Assembly: GCA_045649345.1 (NCBI GenBank)
Contig: JAZRPS010000017.1
Location: 7,658-71,657, forward strand
Direction of reading: 5' to 3'
Length of the DNA: 64,000 nucleotides
Source: Candidatus Enterousia sp.
GTDB taxonomy: Bacteria; Pseudomonadota; Alphaproteobacteria; Rs-D84
This document shows, in pieces, positions 45,989 through 56,027 of this stretch. The position numbers and the translations under genes are program-made. Within the stretch, counting starts at the first letter, position 1, and each line of letters begins with the position of its first letter. Under the pieces are notes generated by a model, which saw only the letters and a program-made list of their open reading frames with translations, had not been told where the DNA came from and searched no databases.

Positions 45989-47698
45989 TTAATCATTTTT
46001 ATCAGAAACAATCGTTGCCAGCGCCGAATAATTATCGTCACGCATATCATATAACATACCTTCTATTCTATGTTCCGAAATGCCCAAATAATCCAGTACA
46101 CTGTAGCCTAAGAAGAATGACGATTCAATTGTTTCTGGCATGGCGGTTTCAATACCTTCACGCATTAACATTTGGGAATCTGCCAAATTACGCGCACGGG
46201 CAAAAATCTTGACCCGGGGGGCAATTTCTTTGATTGTTATAATTGTTTTACGTGCAGTATTTGCATTGTCCAATGCAACAACCACCGCACGCATTTGACG
46301 TGGTGCCAGACCAAATTCACGCAACACGTCGCCATTTGTGCAATCGCCATAAACAACATTAAAACCACGTTCACGCCCCATCATAACCGAACTGACGTCC
46401 AAATCAATTGCAACATATGGAATTTTTTGCATGTCCAACATCTGACAAATAATTTGACCAACGCGACCAAAGCCACAAACGACAACTTCTGGCTTAATGC
46501 TTTCGTCTGCATCGTCCAAGGTACGTGGATGACGTTGGGGAAACAATTTGCCCTTGCGCTGTAAATAATCGTGCAGACACATCAACAATGGCGTCGCCAT
46601 AATAGACAATATTATTATTGCAGTTAGAACTTCGTCATGCCCCGCAGGGATTGCGTTTATTCCGCTGGTCTTCATCGTCTGCAACATCAACAATGCAAAT
46701 TCACCGCCCTGTGCCAAAATCAGGGAAATCATAACCGCATCTGGTGTGGTAACACCACGAACGCGCGCAACCATAAATATTGCAAAGAATTTTATCGCGA
46801 TTAAACCAACCAGCCCCAAGCCAACCATATACCAGTGTTGTCCCAAGAATGGTAAATTCAATCCCATACCCAACGAAATAAAGAAAAACGCCAAGAACAA
46901 TGTCGCATACGGTTCAATGCGCGCAGTTATCTGGTGACGGTATATTGTTTCAGACATTAACATACCAGCCAAAAATGCGCCAAGTCCAGCCGGCAAACCT
47001 AATAAATCCAACAGCACCGCCCAGATTACAATGTTTAACATGACAGCCAGTAAAAAAGCCTCTTTGGATTTTAATTTTGCGACATGACGAAACAATGGCG
47101 TCATAATAAAACGACCAATAACAACCACAGACAAAACCAATGTCACAGATATTACTGCAACATCAATCGCCGTGGCACCCAAACTAAAAGACCGACCAGC
47201 AAACGCAGGCAACATTGCCAGCAATGGAATAGACAACAAATCTTGGAATAACAATATAGAAAAAGTCTGACGCCCCATTGACGTGTTTAACTGATTTCTG
47301 TCTGTTAATATTTGCATATCGGCAGATGTGCTGGACATCGCCAACATCATCGCCACCATAATACACCCCAATGTCGTCCATGGTGTTGTTGCAAACAATA
47401 CTGGGAACAACATTACTGCGACCATTAAAACCTGGGTCGCACCAAAACCAAAAATCGTACGACGCAGACGCCACAAACGCTTTATATTGATTTCAAGTCC
47501 GATACTGAACCACAAGAACATAATTCCCAAGTCACCTAAAAAAGTCCATGTGTCAGACAATTCAAAAAAGTTAAAAACATATGGTCCGGACAAAACACCA
47601 GCCATCAAGAAAGCAACCAGCGCGCCAATCTTGGCAACACGCAATAAATAAACCAAGACGAATACAATTGCAAAAAATGCAAGCAGTGATAGTGACAT
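45989..47698 (-). CDS. kefB: CPA2-family K+/H+ antiporter with TrkA-N domain (KefB/KefC-like)
   Basis: Multi-TM N-terminal domain and 'VVVCGFGRVGQ' Rossmann motif. ATG at 47698 avoids overlap with rsmA. Confidence 0.85.
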   Translation of the reverse strand: MSLSLLAFFAIVFVLVYLLRVAKIGALVAFLMAGVLSGPYVFNFFELSDTWTFLGDLGIMFLWFSIGLEINIKRLWRLRRTIFGFGATQVLMVAVMLFPVLFATTPWTTLGCIMVAMMLAMSSTSADMQILTDRNQLNTSMGRQTFSILLFQDLLSIPLLAMLPAFAGRSFSLGATAIDVAVISVTLVLSVVVIGRFIMTPLFRHVAKLKSKEAFLLAVMLNIVIWAVLLDLLGLPAGLGAFLAGMLMSETIYRHQITARIEPYATLFLAFFFISLGMGLNLPFLGQHWYMVGLGLVGLIAIKFFAIFMVARVRGVTTPDAVMISLILAQGGEFALLMLQTMKTSGINAIPAGHDEVLTAIIILSIMATPLLMCLHDYLQRKGKLFPQRHPRTLDDADESIKPEVVVCGFGRVGQIICQMLDMQKIPYVAIDLDVSSVMMGRERGFNVVYGDCTNGDVLREFGLAPRQMRAVVVALDNANTARKTIITIKEIAPRVKIFARARNLADSQMLMREGIETAMPETIESSFFLGYSVLDYLGISEHRIEGMLYDMRDDNYSALATIVSDKND

Positions 47699-47732
47699 GT
47701 TCTCTCTCTTCTGTTTCCCGTGTACAATTTGA

Positions 47733-48557
47733 TTATAACAAATTGTCTGACAATAATGCAAATGTTTCAGGCGATAAATTTTCAGCACGTTCGGTTCCAT
47801 TCAAACCAAAACGCGACCAATCAACATTTGACATAATTGCACGTATCATTTTTCGACGCTGACCAAATAATTTTGCGGTTATTTGTTCTATCTTTTTCAG
47901 GTCTTTGATTTTTGAAATCTTGTCAATATTTGGAATGATTTGCACAATGGCACTTTGCACCTTTGGTCGTGGAACAAATGCAGTATTTGGAACATCAAAT
48001 AAAATACGCGCGTCTGCAATTAATGATGTCAAAACCGCCAAACGACCATAATGTTCGTCACCAACGTGCGCTGTTATGCGTTGTGCAACTTCGCGTTGAA
48101 ACATTAATGTTAATGATTTTATTTTTTCACCAGATGCAATCTTGTGCAACCAGCCGATTAACAATTCTGTACCAACATTATACGGTAAATTCGCACATAT
48201 TGCATATTCGGACAATCCCAATGCAGAAAAATCAACACGCAATGCATCATCATATATTACAGACAGGCGACCGTCAGACGCATCAACAATTTGTGATAAA
48301 ATCGGTTCCGTTGTTTTATCTTTTTCAATCGCAATTAATCGTGGCGCGCCCGCCATTAATATTGCACGCGTCAAACCGGCGGGACCGGGTCCAACCTCTA
48401 CCACTGGGGTGTGTTCAACATCAGGCACACTGCGTGCAATACGCCCCGTTAAATTTAAATCAAATAAAAAATTCTGACCAAATTGCTTCTTTGGTTCCAG
48501 ACCGCATTCGCGCATCATTTCAGATACAGGCGGCAAAGACATTATTTTGTTTGTCAT
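47733..48557 (-). CDS. rsmA: 16S rRNA (adenine1518/1519-N6)-dimethyltransferase
   Basis: 'FGQNFLFD' and 'VVEVGPGPAGLT'. Confidence 0.9.
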   Translation of the reverse strand: MTNKIMSLPPVSEMMRECGLEPKKQFGQNFLFDLNLTGRIARSVPDVEHTPVVEVGPGPAGLTRAILMAGAPRLIAIEKDKTTEPILSQIVDASDGRLSVIYDDALRVDFSALGLSEYAICANLPYNVGTELLIGWLHKIASGEKIKSLTLMFQREVAQRITAHVGDEHYGRLAVLTSLIADARILFDVPNTAFVPRPKVQSAIVQIIPNIDKISKIKDLKKIEQITAKLFGQRRKMIRAIMSNVDWSRFGLNGTERAENLSPETFALLSDNLL

Positions 48558-49153
48558 AATGATTTACGCCCCCCAAACGCCAACGTCAATGTACCATCAT
48601 CAATATAATCCAAATCCCCCCCCAGCGGTACGCCAGATGCCAATTCTGTAAAATTAATATTCGCAGTATCGCCGATAACAGACATTACATAATGCTGGGT
48701 TGTTTTACCTTCAACCGTGTTGGGCAACGCAAAAATAACTTCTGTTATTTTTTCATCGTTAATACGCGACGACAAGGTAGATATATTTAAATCTTGGGGC
48801 AAGACACCAGATGCACCAGATAGCAATCCACCAATTATGTGATAACGCCCATGAAACACCGATGATTTTTCCAACGTCCAAACATCGGACAAGTCGCGCA
48901 CAACGCACAACTGACCATTTTGACGCGACGCATCACGGCAAAATTCACACGCGCCAATTCCCCTGTCTGTCAGGACACCACAACGTGGACACGGCGCAAC
49001 ATTTTCAACCGCATCAACAATCGCGTTGGCCAGCGCGGTACCACGACCTGTCTTGTCCTGTAATAATGCCAAGGCGATACGTTGACCGCCACGCGCACCA
49101 ACACGTGGCAATTTTGCAAATAACTTTATCAACTTTTCAATTTTTGGATTCAT
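48554..49153 (-). CDS. recR: Recombination protein RecR
   Basis: 'LPRVGARGGQRIALALL' HhH motif, C4 zinc finger 'CPRCGVL...CEFC', Toprim domain. ATGA overlap with rsmA. Confidence 0.9.
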   Translation of the reverse strand: MNPKIEKLIKLFAKLPRVGARGGQRIALALLQDKTGRGTALANAIVDAVENVAPCPRCGVLTDRGIGACEFCRDASRQNGQLCVVRDLSDVWTLEKSSVFHGRYHIIGGLLSGASGVLPQDLNISTLSSRINDEKITEVIFALPNTVEGKTTQHYVMSVIGDTANINFTELASGVPLGGDLDYIDDGTLTLAFGGRKSL

Positions 49154-49168
49154 GATACGCACAAGATA

Positions 49169-50380
49169 CTAATGAAAAATATAACTGTCAATATTGTTTG
49201 CATCGGCGGCAGATTTAATTTCGCGCGCGCGCACCTCTGACAAACCGTATGCACGAACACGGAACATGCCGGTACCTGTTGGTTCAACAACCGCATTTAT
49301 ACCAATTTTATTTTTTATATTTTGCACATGTCTGTTTGCCGCATCGCGTGATGAGAATGCACCGAATTGAACACCAGCACCGCCCCCATTACCACCAGTT
49401 GCCACACTTGGCGCAGACGGCTGATACTGTGGCATTGCATTCGCCGTTGCAGAATTATACGCATTTGCAAACGTTGTTGTTTGCGCCGATTGTACGGGCG
49501 CCTGATACGTTGGTTGGGTGTATACAGGTTGAACCGGCACACTTTGCACAGGCGGAACATACGTTGTTTTTTCAACAGGTTGCGCACCAGTGTTTAACAT
49601 TGTAAAACCCTTGGTCAACATTTGTGCCGCGACATTTGCACGAACATCTTTGTTTTCTGCACCCAATATGACAGACATAACATGACGATTGTCACGATGT
49701 GCAGTTGCAACCAATGAATATTTAGACTTTTTAGTATATCCTGTCTTCATACCATCGCAACCATTAAAAGAACTTAACAACCGGTTGCCATTTGTATAGG
49801 TTTTGCCGTTATACGTCCAAGACTTGATACCAAAATAATGCCAATATTTTGGAAAATGTTTGTATACCGCCATTGATAGCAATGCAATATCACGCGCGGT
49901 TGACATATGATCATCATTTGGCAGACCAGACGAATTTTCAAAATTTGTATTCGACAACCCGATTTCACGCGCAACACGCGTCATCAATGTTGCAAAGGAT
50001 TCTTCCTGGCCACCTTTTAGGTTTTCAGCCAAAACACGCGCAACGTCATTTGCACTGTATACCGCGACAGCCTTTATCGCGTCTTCGACCCGGATTTTCG
50101 ACCCAGCCGGCAAGCCCAATTTTACAGGTTCGGCATTTGCCGCAGATTGTGAAACAATTAAATAATCATCAAGATTCAAACGACCATGTTCCAACGCATC
50201 GAATGTTAAATATAACGTCATTATCTTGGTTAGACTGGCCGGATAATTTAGTTGATTTGCATTTTCCTGGTATAAAACACGACCGGTATCCATATCAGCA
50301 ACCAAAACCGCACGATATTGCGCACCATACGCAGTTGCAGACATCATTACAGCAAAAAGAGGCAAGAATATTCTTCTCAT
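49169..50380 (-). CDS. dacC: D-alanyl-D-alanine carboxypeptidase (S11, PBP5/6-like) with a C-terminal SPOR domain
   Basis: 'SLTKIMT' (SxxK), 'SSGL' (SxN-like), 'KTGYT'. The C-terminus 'GVQFGAFSSRDAANRHV...MFRVRAYGLSEVRAREI' is SPOR-like. Confidence 0.85.
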   Translation of the reverse strand: MRRIFLPLFAVMMSATAYGAQYRAVLVADMDTGRVLYQENANQLNYPASLTKIMTLYLTFDALEHGRLNLDDYLIVSQSAANAEPVKLGLPAGSKIRVEDAIKAVAVYSANDVARVLAENLKGGQEESFATLMTRVAREIGLSNTNFENSSGLPNDDHMSTARDIALLSMAVYKHFPKYWHYFGIKSWTYNGKTYTNGNRLLSSFNGCDGMKTGYTKKSKYSLVATAHRDNRHVMSVILGAENKDVRANVAAQMLTKGFTMLNTGAQPVEKTTYVPPVQSVPVQPVYTQPTYQAPVQSAQTTTFANAYNSATANAMPQYQPSAPSVATGGNGGGAGVQFGAFSSRDAANRHVQNIKNKIGINAVVEPTGTGMFRVRAYGLSEVRAREIKSAADANNIDSYIFH

Positions 50381-50469
50381 ACGTGGTATGTTAGTAAAAA
50401 AACGCGCAGTGGGTCAATACCTTTATTTCTTGGTTGCGACAATGGCGCTTTAAATCCTATACTAAAAAC

Positions 50470-52380
50470 ATGCGCGATTGGTTTGAAAATCAGTATCAAA
50501 ATATATTTCTGTACGTGCCATTTTTATTGGCAGGTGGTGGTGCGTTATATTTTTCAATCGCAAACGAACCAAGTTTAATTCTGGCACCATTTGTGTTCAC
50601 AGCAATGATTGCATCACTGTTTATAAAACGAACACCAAAGATTATTCGTGGAATCTTAATATTTCTGTTTGGATTTTATTATGCGGCAATTTTTACACAC
50701 GCAATAAATACACCACAACTGAAACACGACATTCATAACGTTGATATTATTGGAAATGTAAAAACAATCGACTATACAGACGATAAAATACGATTATATC
50801 TGAATACATCAGACAACATGAACGTTCGCATTTCTGTATCAGATGACACAACACAAATTCCCAAAGTTGGCGACACTGTAAAAATAAACGGCGGATTATT
50901 TAAACCAAATGCAGCCGACGCACCAGAAACATTTGACTATGCACGTTGGTCGTATTTTAATAATTTGACAGCATCGGGCTATGCAAATGAGATTGAAATA
51001 ATTTCATCGAACAAACCATCTGGGATTAATGCACTGCGTGACAATTTGCACAATAAATCAAATTCATTCTTGGCGGACAGTTTGATATTAGGCTATAAAA
51101 ATGCTGTCCCAGAAAACGATGTGTCAATATGGACCGCCACAGGCGTCGGTCACATATGGTCAATCAGCGGATTTCACATGACATTGGTTGGCGGTTGGTT
51201 GTTTGCTATATTCTATCTAATATTCCGTGCGATACCGTATATCACACGACGCATACCTGCAAAAATCCCAGCAATGGGATTGGCATGGTGTGGGTTGCTG
51301 TTTTATTTATTCTTGTCGGGCGTTGATGTTGCAACAGTTCGTGCATTCCTGATGACGACATTAATCTTTCTTGCATTTATGGTTGGACGCAGTGCGATTT
51401 CAATGCGAAATATTGCACTGGCATTTTGTTTAATATTTTTAATCAACCCACACTATGTTATGCAGGCGGGTTTTCAATTGTCTTTTTCTGCGGTATTTGG
51501 ATTGGTATGGCTATATTCCGTTATAAAACCAAAGATGCCGCAAAATAAAATACTAAAAATAATTTATGCGTGTATTCTGACATCACTGATCGCAACAATA
51601 TTTACCGCGCCATTTGTCGCAATACATTTCGGCGCAATTCCAACATACGGCTTGATTAGTAATTTGATTTTATTGCCAATATTTTCATTTGCGATTATGC
51701 CACTGGTATTAATCGGAATAATTGGCGCATTGTTTGGATTTCATGGCGCGCTGAATTTGGCGCACACAATTTACGATTACGCGTTTAATGTTGCAGAATG
51801 GATTTCACAAATGCCGTTTGCAAACATAAATGTGCCACACATACCAAATACCGCAGTCGTATGTTTTGTTATCGGATTTATGTGTCTGATACTGATTAAA
51901 AATATAAAGACACCCATAAATATTATTTTGTTTTCTGTATTCATTACATTTGGCGTATTAATTGTACACTTTGCCCCACGTCCAATATTCTATGCAACAG
52001 GTGACCACGAACTGGTGGCATTCTTGCGCGATGATGGAATTCTGGAATTTAATAAATCGCGTGCATCAAATCATTATTTTACATTTGACACGTGGAAGAA
52101 AATAAACAACCAATCTGTTGACACACCAAATCATAGACGAAAACACGTTCGTGGCGTATATAAATTTGGCAATATTGTTTATATACAAAAATTCGTACCA
52201 CTGATGAAAAATATAACCCAATTATGCAATGACAATGGTGTTAAATATATCGTTTCTTATTTCAAAATTGATTCGCCGAAATGCAATCACAAAATACTGC
52301 ATGATGGATTTGTTATATATCCCAGTGGGCGCGTAAAATATACGCCGGTTAAACGTCGCTGGCATAATCTGCGCGTATAA
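50470..52380 (+). CDS. comEC: ComEC/Rec2-family DNA internalization channel protein
   Basis: Polytopic membrane protein with an OB-like N-terminal insert and a competence-domain TM core. First ATG at 50470. Confidence 0.78.
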   Translation: MRDWFENQYQNIFLYVPFLLAGGGALYFSIANEPSLILAPFVFTAMIASLFIKRTPKIIRGILIFLFGFYYAAIFTHAINTPQLKHDIHNVDIIGNVKTIDYTDDKIRLYLNTSDNMNVRISVSDDTTQIPKVGDTVKINGGLFKPNAADAPETFDYARWSYFNNLTASGYANEIEIISSNKPSGINALRDNLHNKSNSFLADSLILGYKNAVPENDVSIWTATGVGHIWSISGFHMTLVGGWLFAIFYLIFRAIPYITRRIPAKIPAMGLAWCGLLFYLFLSGVDVATVRAFLMTTLIFLAFMVGRSAISMRNIALAFCLIFLINPHYVMQAGFQLSFSAVFGLVWLYSVIKPKMPQNKILKIIYACILTSLIATIFTAPFVAIHFGAIPTYGLISNLILLPIFSFAIMPLVLIGIIGALFGFHGALNLAHTIYDYAFNVAEWISQMPFANINVPHIPNTAVVCFVIGFMCLILIKNIKTPINIILFSVFITFGVLIVHFAPRPIFYATGDHELVAFLRDDGILEFNKSRASNHYFTFDTWKKINNQSVDTPNHRRKHVRGVYKFGNIVYIQKFVPLMKNITQLCNDNGVKYIVSYFKIDSPKCNHKILHDGFVIYPSGRVKYTPVKRRWHNLRV

Positions 52381-53092
52381 AATACAAACCAGATGCAGGC
52401 GCGGTTGGACCGGCGGCACTGCGATTGCGCGCGGCAAATATTTCATCAATATCATACGGTTTACCCAGCCCAATTTCAATTAACGTCCCGACAATATTAC
52501 GAACCATATGATGCAAAAATGAACGTGCAGAAAATTCAAAGATTATTTCATCGTCGTTTTGTGTTATATCTATCTTATCAAGTGTTTTTATTGGGGATTT
52601 TGCCTGGCATTCTGATGCACGAAAACTGGTAAAATCGTGATTGCCAATTAATTTATTCGCAGCAATACGCATTGCATTTATATCTAGTTTTCGTGGCACC
52701 CAATACACACGATTTTTTTGCAATACAGGGGACGCAGGACGATTTAATACAACATACTTATAATGACGTGCAACGCAATCAAAGCGCGCATTAAAGTTAT
52801 CGTCGACAATTTCACACCCCAATACTGCAACCGGCATATTTGCCATATAAAAATTTAGCGCGCGCAAAACCGTGTTTACATCGTATTCATTTGGCAAATC
52901 AAAATGCGCCGTCATTGCAACTGCATGCACCCCAGAATCAGTGCGACCTGCGCCAACAACATCAACACGCGCGCCACAAAATTTTTCAATCGCATCTTTG
53001 ACAATAGATTGCACAGATGGTCCCTGGCGATTTTCCTGCCAGCCAATTAAATCAGTACCATCATATTCAAGAGTGACTTTATAACGCGTCAT
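52349..53092 (-). CDS. truA: tRNA pseudouridine(38-40) synthase
   Basis: 'GAGRTDSGVHA' catalytic Asp motif. Confidence 0.9.
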   Translation of the reverse strand: MTRYKVTLEYDGTDLIGWQENRQGPSVQSIVKDAIEKFCGARVDVVGAGRTDSGVHAVAMTAHFDLPNEYDVNTVLRALNFYMANMPVAVLGCEIVDDNFNARFDCVARHYKYVVLNRPASPVLQKNRVYWVPRKLDINAMRIAANKLIGNHDFTSFRASECQAKSPIKTLDKIDITQNDDEIIFEFSARSFLHHMVRNIVGTLIEIGLGKPYDIDEIFAARNRSAAGPTAPASGLYFIRADYASDV

Positions 53093-53292
53093 TTTTGTTT
53101 TTCTGTGTTCGCCTTTAATGCATGCATTAATAGAAATCGTTTACATGTATTTGTCGGTTCTGTTGTACGTGCGCCATTCAAAAATATATCAGCCAAATTG
53201 CCATAGAAACATAAATGCTGATTACTGTGATACATATGGTATTCACAGTATATGCATTTACGTGGAAAATTTGTATTTTGTTTATCGGACAT
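53089..53292 (-). CDS. Small CxxC protein (67 aa), paralog of the upstream mini-gene
   Basis: 'MSDKQNTNFPRKCIYCEYHMYHSNQHLCFYG...CKRF'. The internal ATG at 53292 overlaps the upstream stop. ATGA overlap with truA. Confidence 0.4.
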   Translation of the reverse strand: MSDKQNTNFPRKCIYCEYHMYHSNQHLCFYGNLADIFLNGARTTEPTNTCKRFLLMHALKANTEKQK

Positions 53293-53479
53293 TTTGTTTC
53301 TTGGCAGTTGACACAACGCGTCTTTTGATTCCTTCAAACTTGTCACAGCAATCGCAACAAAGAACATTTTCGATACCAAAGTATATCGCCGACAGTGGCG
53401 ACGGCTGATAACATTGACCGCCGTCCTTGTCTACCTGTACATAATGAACACAATTCTTACATACTTTTAAATCTGACAT
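53282..53479 (-). CDS. Small CxxC protein (65 aa)
   Basis: 'MSDLKVCKNCVHYVQVDKDGGQCYQ...CCDCCDKFE'. Strong SD (aggag), 4 nt after the fmt stop. Confidence 0.6.
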   Translation of the reverse strand: MSDLKVCKNCVHYVQVDKDGGQCYQPSPLSAIYFGIENVLCCDCCDKFEGIKRRVVSTAKKQNVR

Positions 53480-53482
53480 TCG

Positions 53483-54289
53483 CTATTCTCCTATTTTAAT
53501 TTCTGCGCCACGGAAACCGTTTACAAAACTCTTCCAGTCCATGGGCTTTTTACCAGATGGTTGTAATTGCAAGATTTCCAGGTTATCACCAGACAATCTG
53601 GTTTTCAATATTTTTACATCCATGCCGTTTATTTTTGTGCGGCCCGCCCCCAATGCACGAATCTGATTATGTGCCGCGACATTACCACGCGACCAATCAA
53701 TTATTTCGTCATTCCCCGTCCATTTACGCGTAAATGTTGGGGCGCCAACCTGGGGGGTGGCAGAATACGCAGATGGATTTGATAAGTATTCAATCAGCAT
53801 ATTCGATGCAATCTGGGATACGCGACATTCTATATCATCATTTGTATCATCAATACCAATATCGAATTCGCGACACATGTAAATATCGCCCGCATCCATT
53901 TCTGGGGTCACCGCCATCAGGCATACCGCAGACTTTTCATCACCATTATAAATCGCAGTACGTATGGGTGACGGTCCACGATATTTGGGCAAAAGACTGG
54001 GGTGAATGTTTATCACAGGCGCAGAATTTAAGACATTATCACGCAATATCACGCCGTATGATATAACAACAACCATATCAGGATTGTAATTATACTCATT
54101 AACACTTGTATGAACCGTCAAACCATTTTCATTTGCCCATATATGTACCGGCGACGGCGTTAAAACCTGTTTACGTCCCATTGGTTTGGGCGCGCGTGTA
54201 AAGACCGCCAAAATTTCGTGTCCGGCATTTTTTATTGCATCAAAAATTGGAACAACAAATGCGTTTGTTCCCATTAACACCAATTTCAT
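53483..54289 (-). CDS. fmt: Methionyl-tRNA formyltransferase (short form)
   Basis: 'NIHPSLLPKYRGPSPI'. ATGA overlap with def. Confidence 0.9.
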   Translation of the reverse strand: MKLVLMGTNAFVVPIFDAIKNAGHEILAVFTRAPKPMGRKQVLTPSPVHIWANENGLTVHTSVNEYNYNPDMVVVISYGVILRDNVLNSAPVINIHPSLLPKYRGPSPIRTAIYNGDEKSAVCLMAVTPEMDAGDIYMCREFDIGIDDTNDDIECRVSQIASNMLIEYLSNPSAYSATPQVGAPTFTRKWTGNDEIIDWSRGNVAAHNQIRALGAGRTKINGMDVKILKTRLSGDNLEILQLQPSGKKPMDWKSFVNGFRGAEIKIGE

Positions 54290-54789
54290 TTTTTTAACTT
54301 CTTTACCTTGCGCATCAGCATTTCACGACGAATTGGCGACAAATAGTCAATGAACAATTTACCATCCAGATGATCTGTTTCATGCTGAACAATACGGCCG
54401 GGAACACCCGACATTTCCGCCATTTTTTTTGCACCTGTTTCATCTATCCATTCGACGACAACAGATTGCGGACGTGAAACATTTGCAAATACAGGATAAC
54501 CATCATGCCCCAAGACGGACAGACAGCCTTCTTCCATTGTGCAGACATCAGAACTGTGCGATATGATTTGTGGATTTATCATTTTATAGACCGTTTCCGT
54601 ATCTGGATCCATCATAACCAAAAAGCGCGACAACGCACCAACCTGGGGCGCGGCAAGCCCAACGCCATTTTGCGCACGCATCATTTCAACCATCTGGGTC
54701 ATTGTTGATAACAATTCTGGTGTAATATGGTCAACAGGCGCACATTTTGTACGCAAAACCAAATCACCGCAAAGTTTCATTTGCAACAT
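54286..54789 (-). CDS. def: Peptide deformylase
   Basis: 'GVGLAAPQVG', 'EGCLS', 'HETDHLDG'. Confidence 0.92.
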   Translation of the reverse strand: MLQMKLCGDLVLRTKCAPVDHITPELLSTMTQMVEMMRAQNGVGLAAPQVGALSRFLVMMDPDTETVYKMINPQIISHSSDVCTMEEGCLSVLGHDGYPVFANVSRPQSVVVEWIDETGAKKMAEMSGVPGRIVQHETDHLDGKLFIDYLSPIRREMLMRKVKKLKK

Positions 54790-54825
54790 GTTTAAATCCT
54801 CTTATAATAAATAATAGCAAAGGAA

Positions 54826-55710
54826 ATGGAAATGACAACTTATATTTTTGTATTATTATTCATAATTATTGTTTTATTGTTGGTTTTGCTGATGCGACGA
54901 CCAACGGTTGATATATCTGCACTGCGCGAAGACAACGCCAGACTGCGCGAAAGACTGGCGGAACGTTTGGGCGCGTTAAGTCAGAACGCGATTGAGTTAA
55001 AAAATATTAGTGGTGATATTGCAAACTTTAAAAATATACTGATGGGAAATAAACAGGCGCGCGGTACATTTGGTGAACGCCAACTGGAAGATTTGGTGAT
55101 GGACATTATGCCACCAGAAACATACGCATTTCAAAGCGTACTGGAAACAGGCGTGCGTCCGGACTGTATTATCCGTTTGCCATATCCGCCGGGCGATATG
55201 ATTATAGACAGTAAATTTCCACTGGAAAGCTATAACCGCATGATGGCGGACGCGAACGACGGCATGGCAAAAAAGCAATTCGAGTTAGACGTGCGCAAGC
55301 ATATTGACGCAATTGGTGAAAAATACATAATTCCAGGCAAAACGGCAGAATCTGCGATGATGTTTATTGCATCAGAGTCTATATTTGAAACACTGCACCG
55401 TGAATTTCCGGCAACAATCGAATATGCCAGTCGTCGCAAAGTGTTTATTGTATCGCCATCTACATTGTGGGCGACGTTAAACACAATTCGCGCTGTTCTG
55501 TCTGATATAAAGATAAAGCGTGTTGCAGATCAAATAAAACGCGAACTGAATTTATTACTGACTGATTTGGGACGCTTGTCAGACCGTGCAGGGAATGTAT
55601 CACGCCATTTTGCCCAGGCACAAAATGACATTGACCAATTACAGACATCAATTGCAAAAATTACACCACGTGCCGAAAAATTACGTGATATGGATTTTGG
55701 CGAAGATTAA
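54826..55710 (+). CDS. rmuC: DNA recombination protein RmuC (short)
   Basis: N-terminal TM and coiled coil. Nuclease-like core 'RPDCIIRLP...IIDSKFPLESY'. Confidence 0.78.
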   Translation: MEMTTYIFVLLFIIIVLLLVLLMRRPTVDISALREDNARLRERLAERLGALSQNAIELKNISGDIANFKNILMGNKQARGTFGERQLEDLVMDIMPPETYAFQSVLETGVRPDCIIRLPYPPGDMIIDSKFPLESYNRMMADANDGMAKKQFELDVRKHIDAIGEKYIIPGKTAESAMMFIASESIFETLHREFPATIEYASRRKVFIVSPSTLWATLNTIRAVLSDIKIKRVADQIKRELNLLLTDLGRLSDRAGNVSRHFAQAQNDIDQLQTSIAKITPRAEKLRDMDFGED

Positions 55711-55741
55711 AAAAACGCCCATTGGGCGTTTAATTTTTTTT
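55709..55741. terminator. Bidirectional terminator
   Basis: aaaaaa-cgcccattgggcg-tttaattttttt. Confidence 0.7.
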
Positions 55742-55993
55742 CGGTTTCCTTGCGCTTGCTTTTTTGCCCAGGATTTGAACCTGCATTTGCAGTATCAGGT
55801 TTTCTTTGTCTTGGACTTGTTTTAACAATTCTTCGTTTTCCAGTTTGATTTTTTCCAGGGCTTGGCGACTGATTACCAATTGATTTGCCATTTTTTTATT
55901 GCGGCTGCGATTTAATAAAAACGCAACAAATGCGCCAATAATTGCGCCAGCAGACGCGCTGATTAAATCAAAAAGTGTTTCTATTAACATCAT
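55730..55993 (-). CDS. Membrane-anchored coiled-coil protein (YhcB/ZapG-like?)
   Basis: N-terminal TM 'AGAIIGAFVAFLL' followed by 'NRSRNKK...LEKIKLENEELLKQ', similar in layout to YhcB. Confidence 0.4.
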   Translation of the reverse strand: MMLIETLFDLISASAGAIIGAFVAFLLNRSRNKKMANQLVISRQALEKIKLENEELLKQVQDKENLILQMQVQILGKKASARKPKKN

Positions 55994-56027
55994 AGAAACA
56001 CTTTAACACATGATGCAGAAAATCACA

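Noticed and set aside
47699-47800. Longer N-terminus of the KefB-like ORF.
   Set aside because: It would overlap the 3' end of rsmA by 68 nt. The ATG at 47698 has a purine-rich SD and starts the first TM helix.
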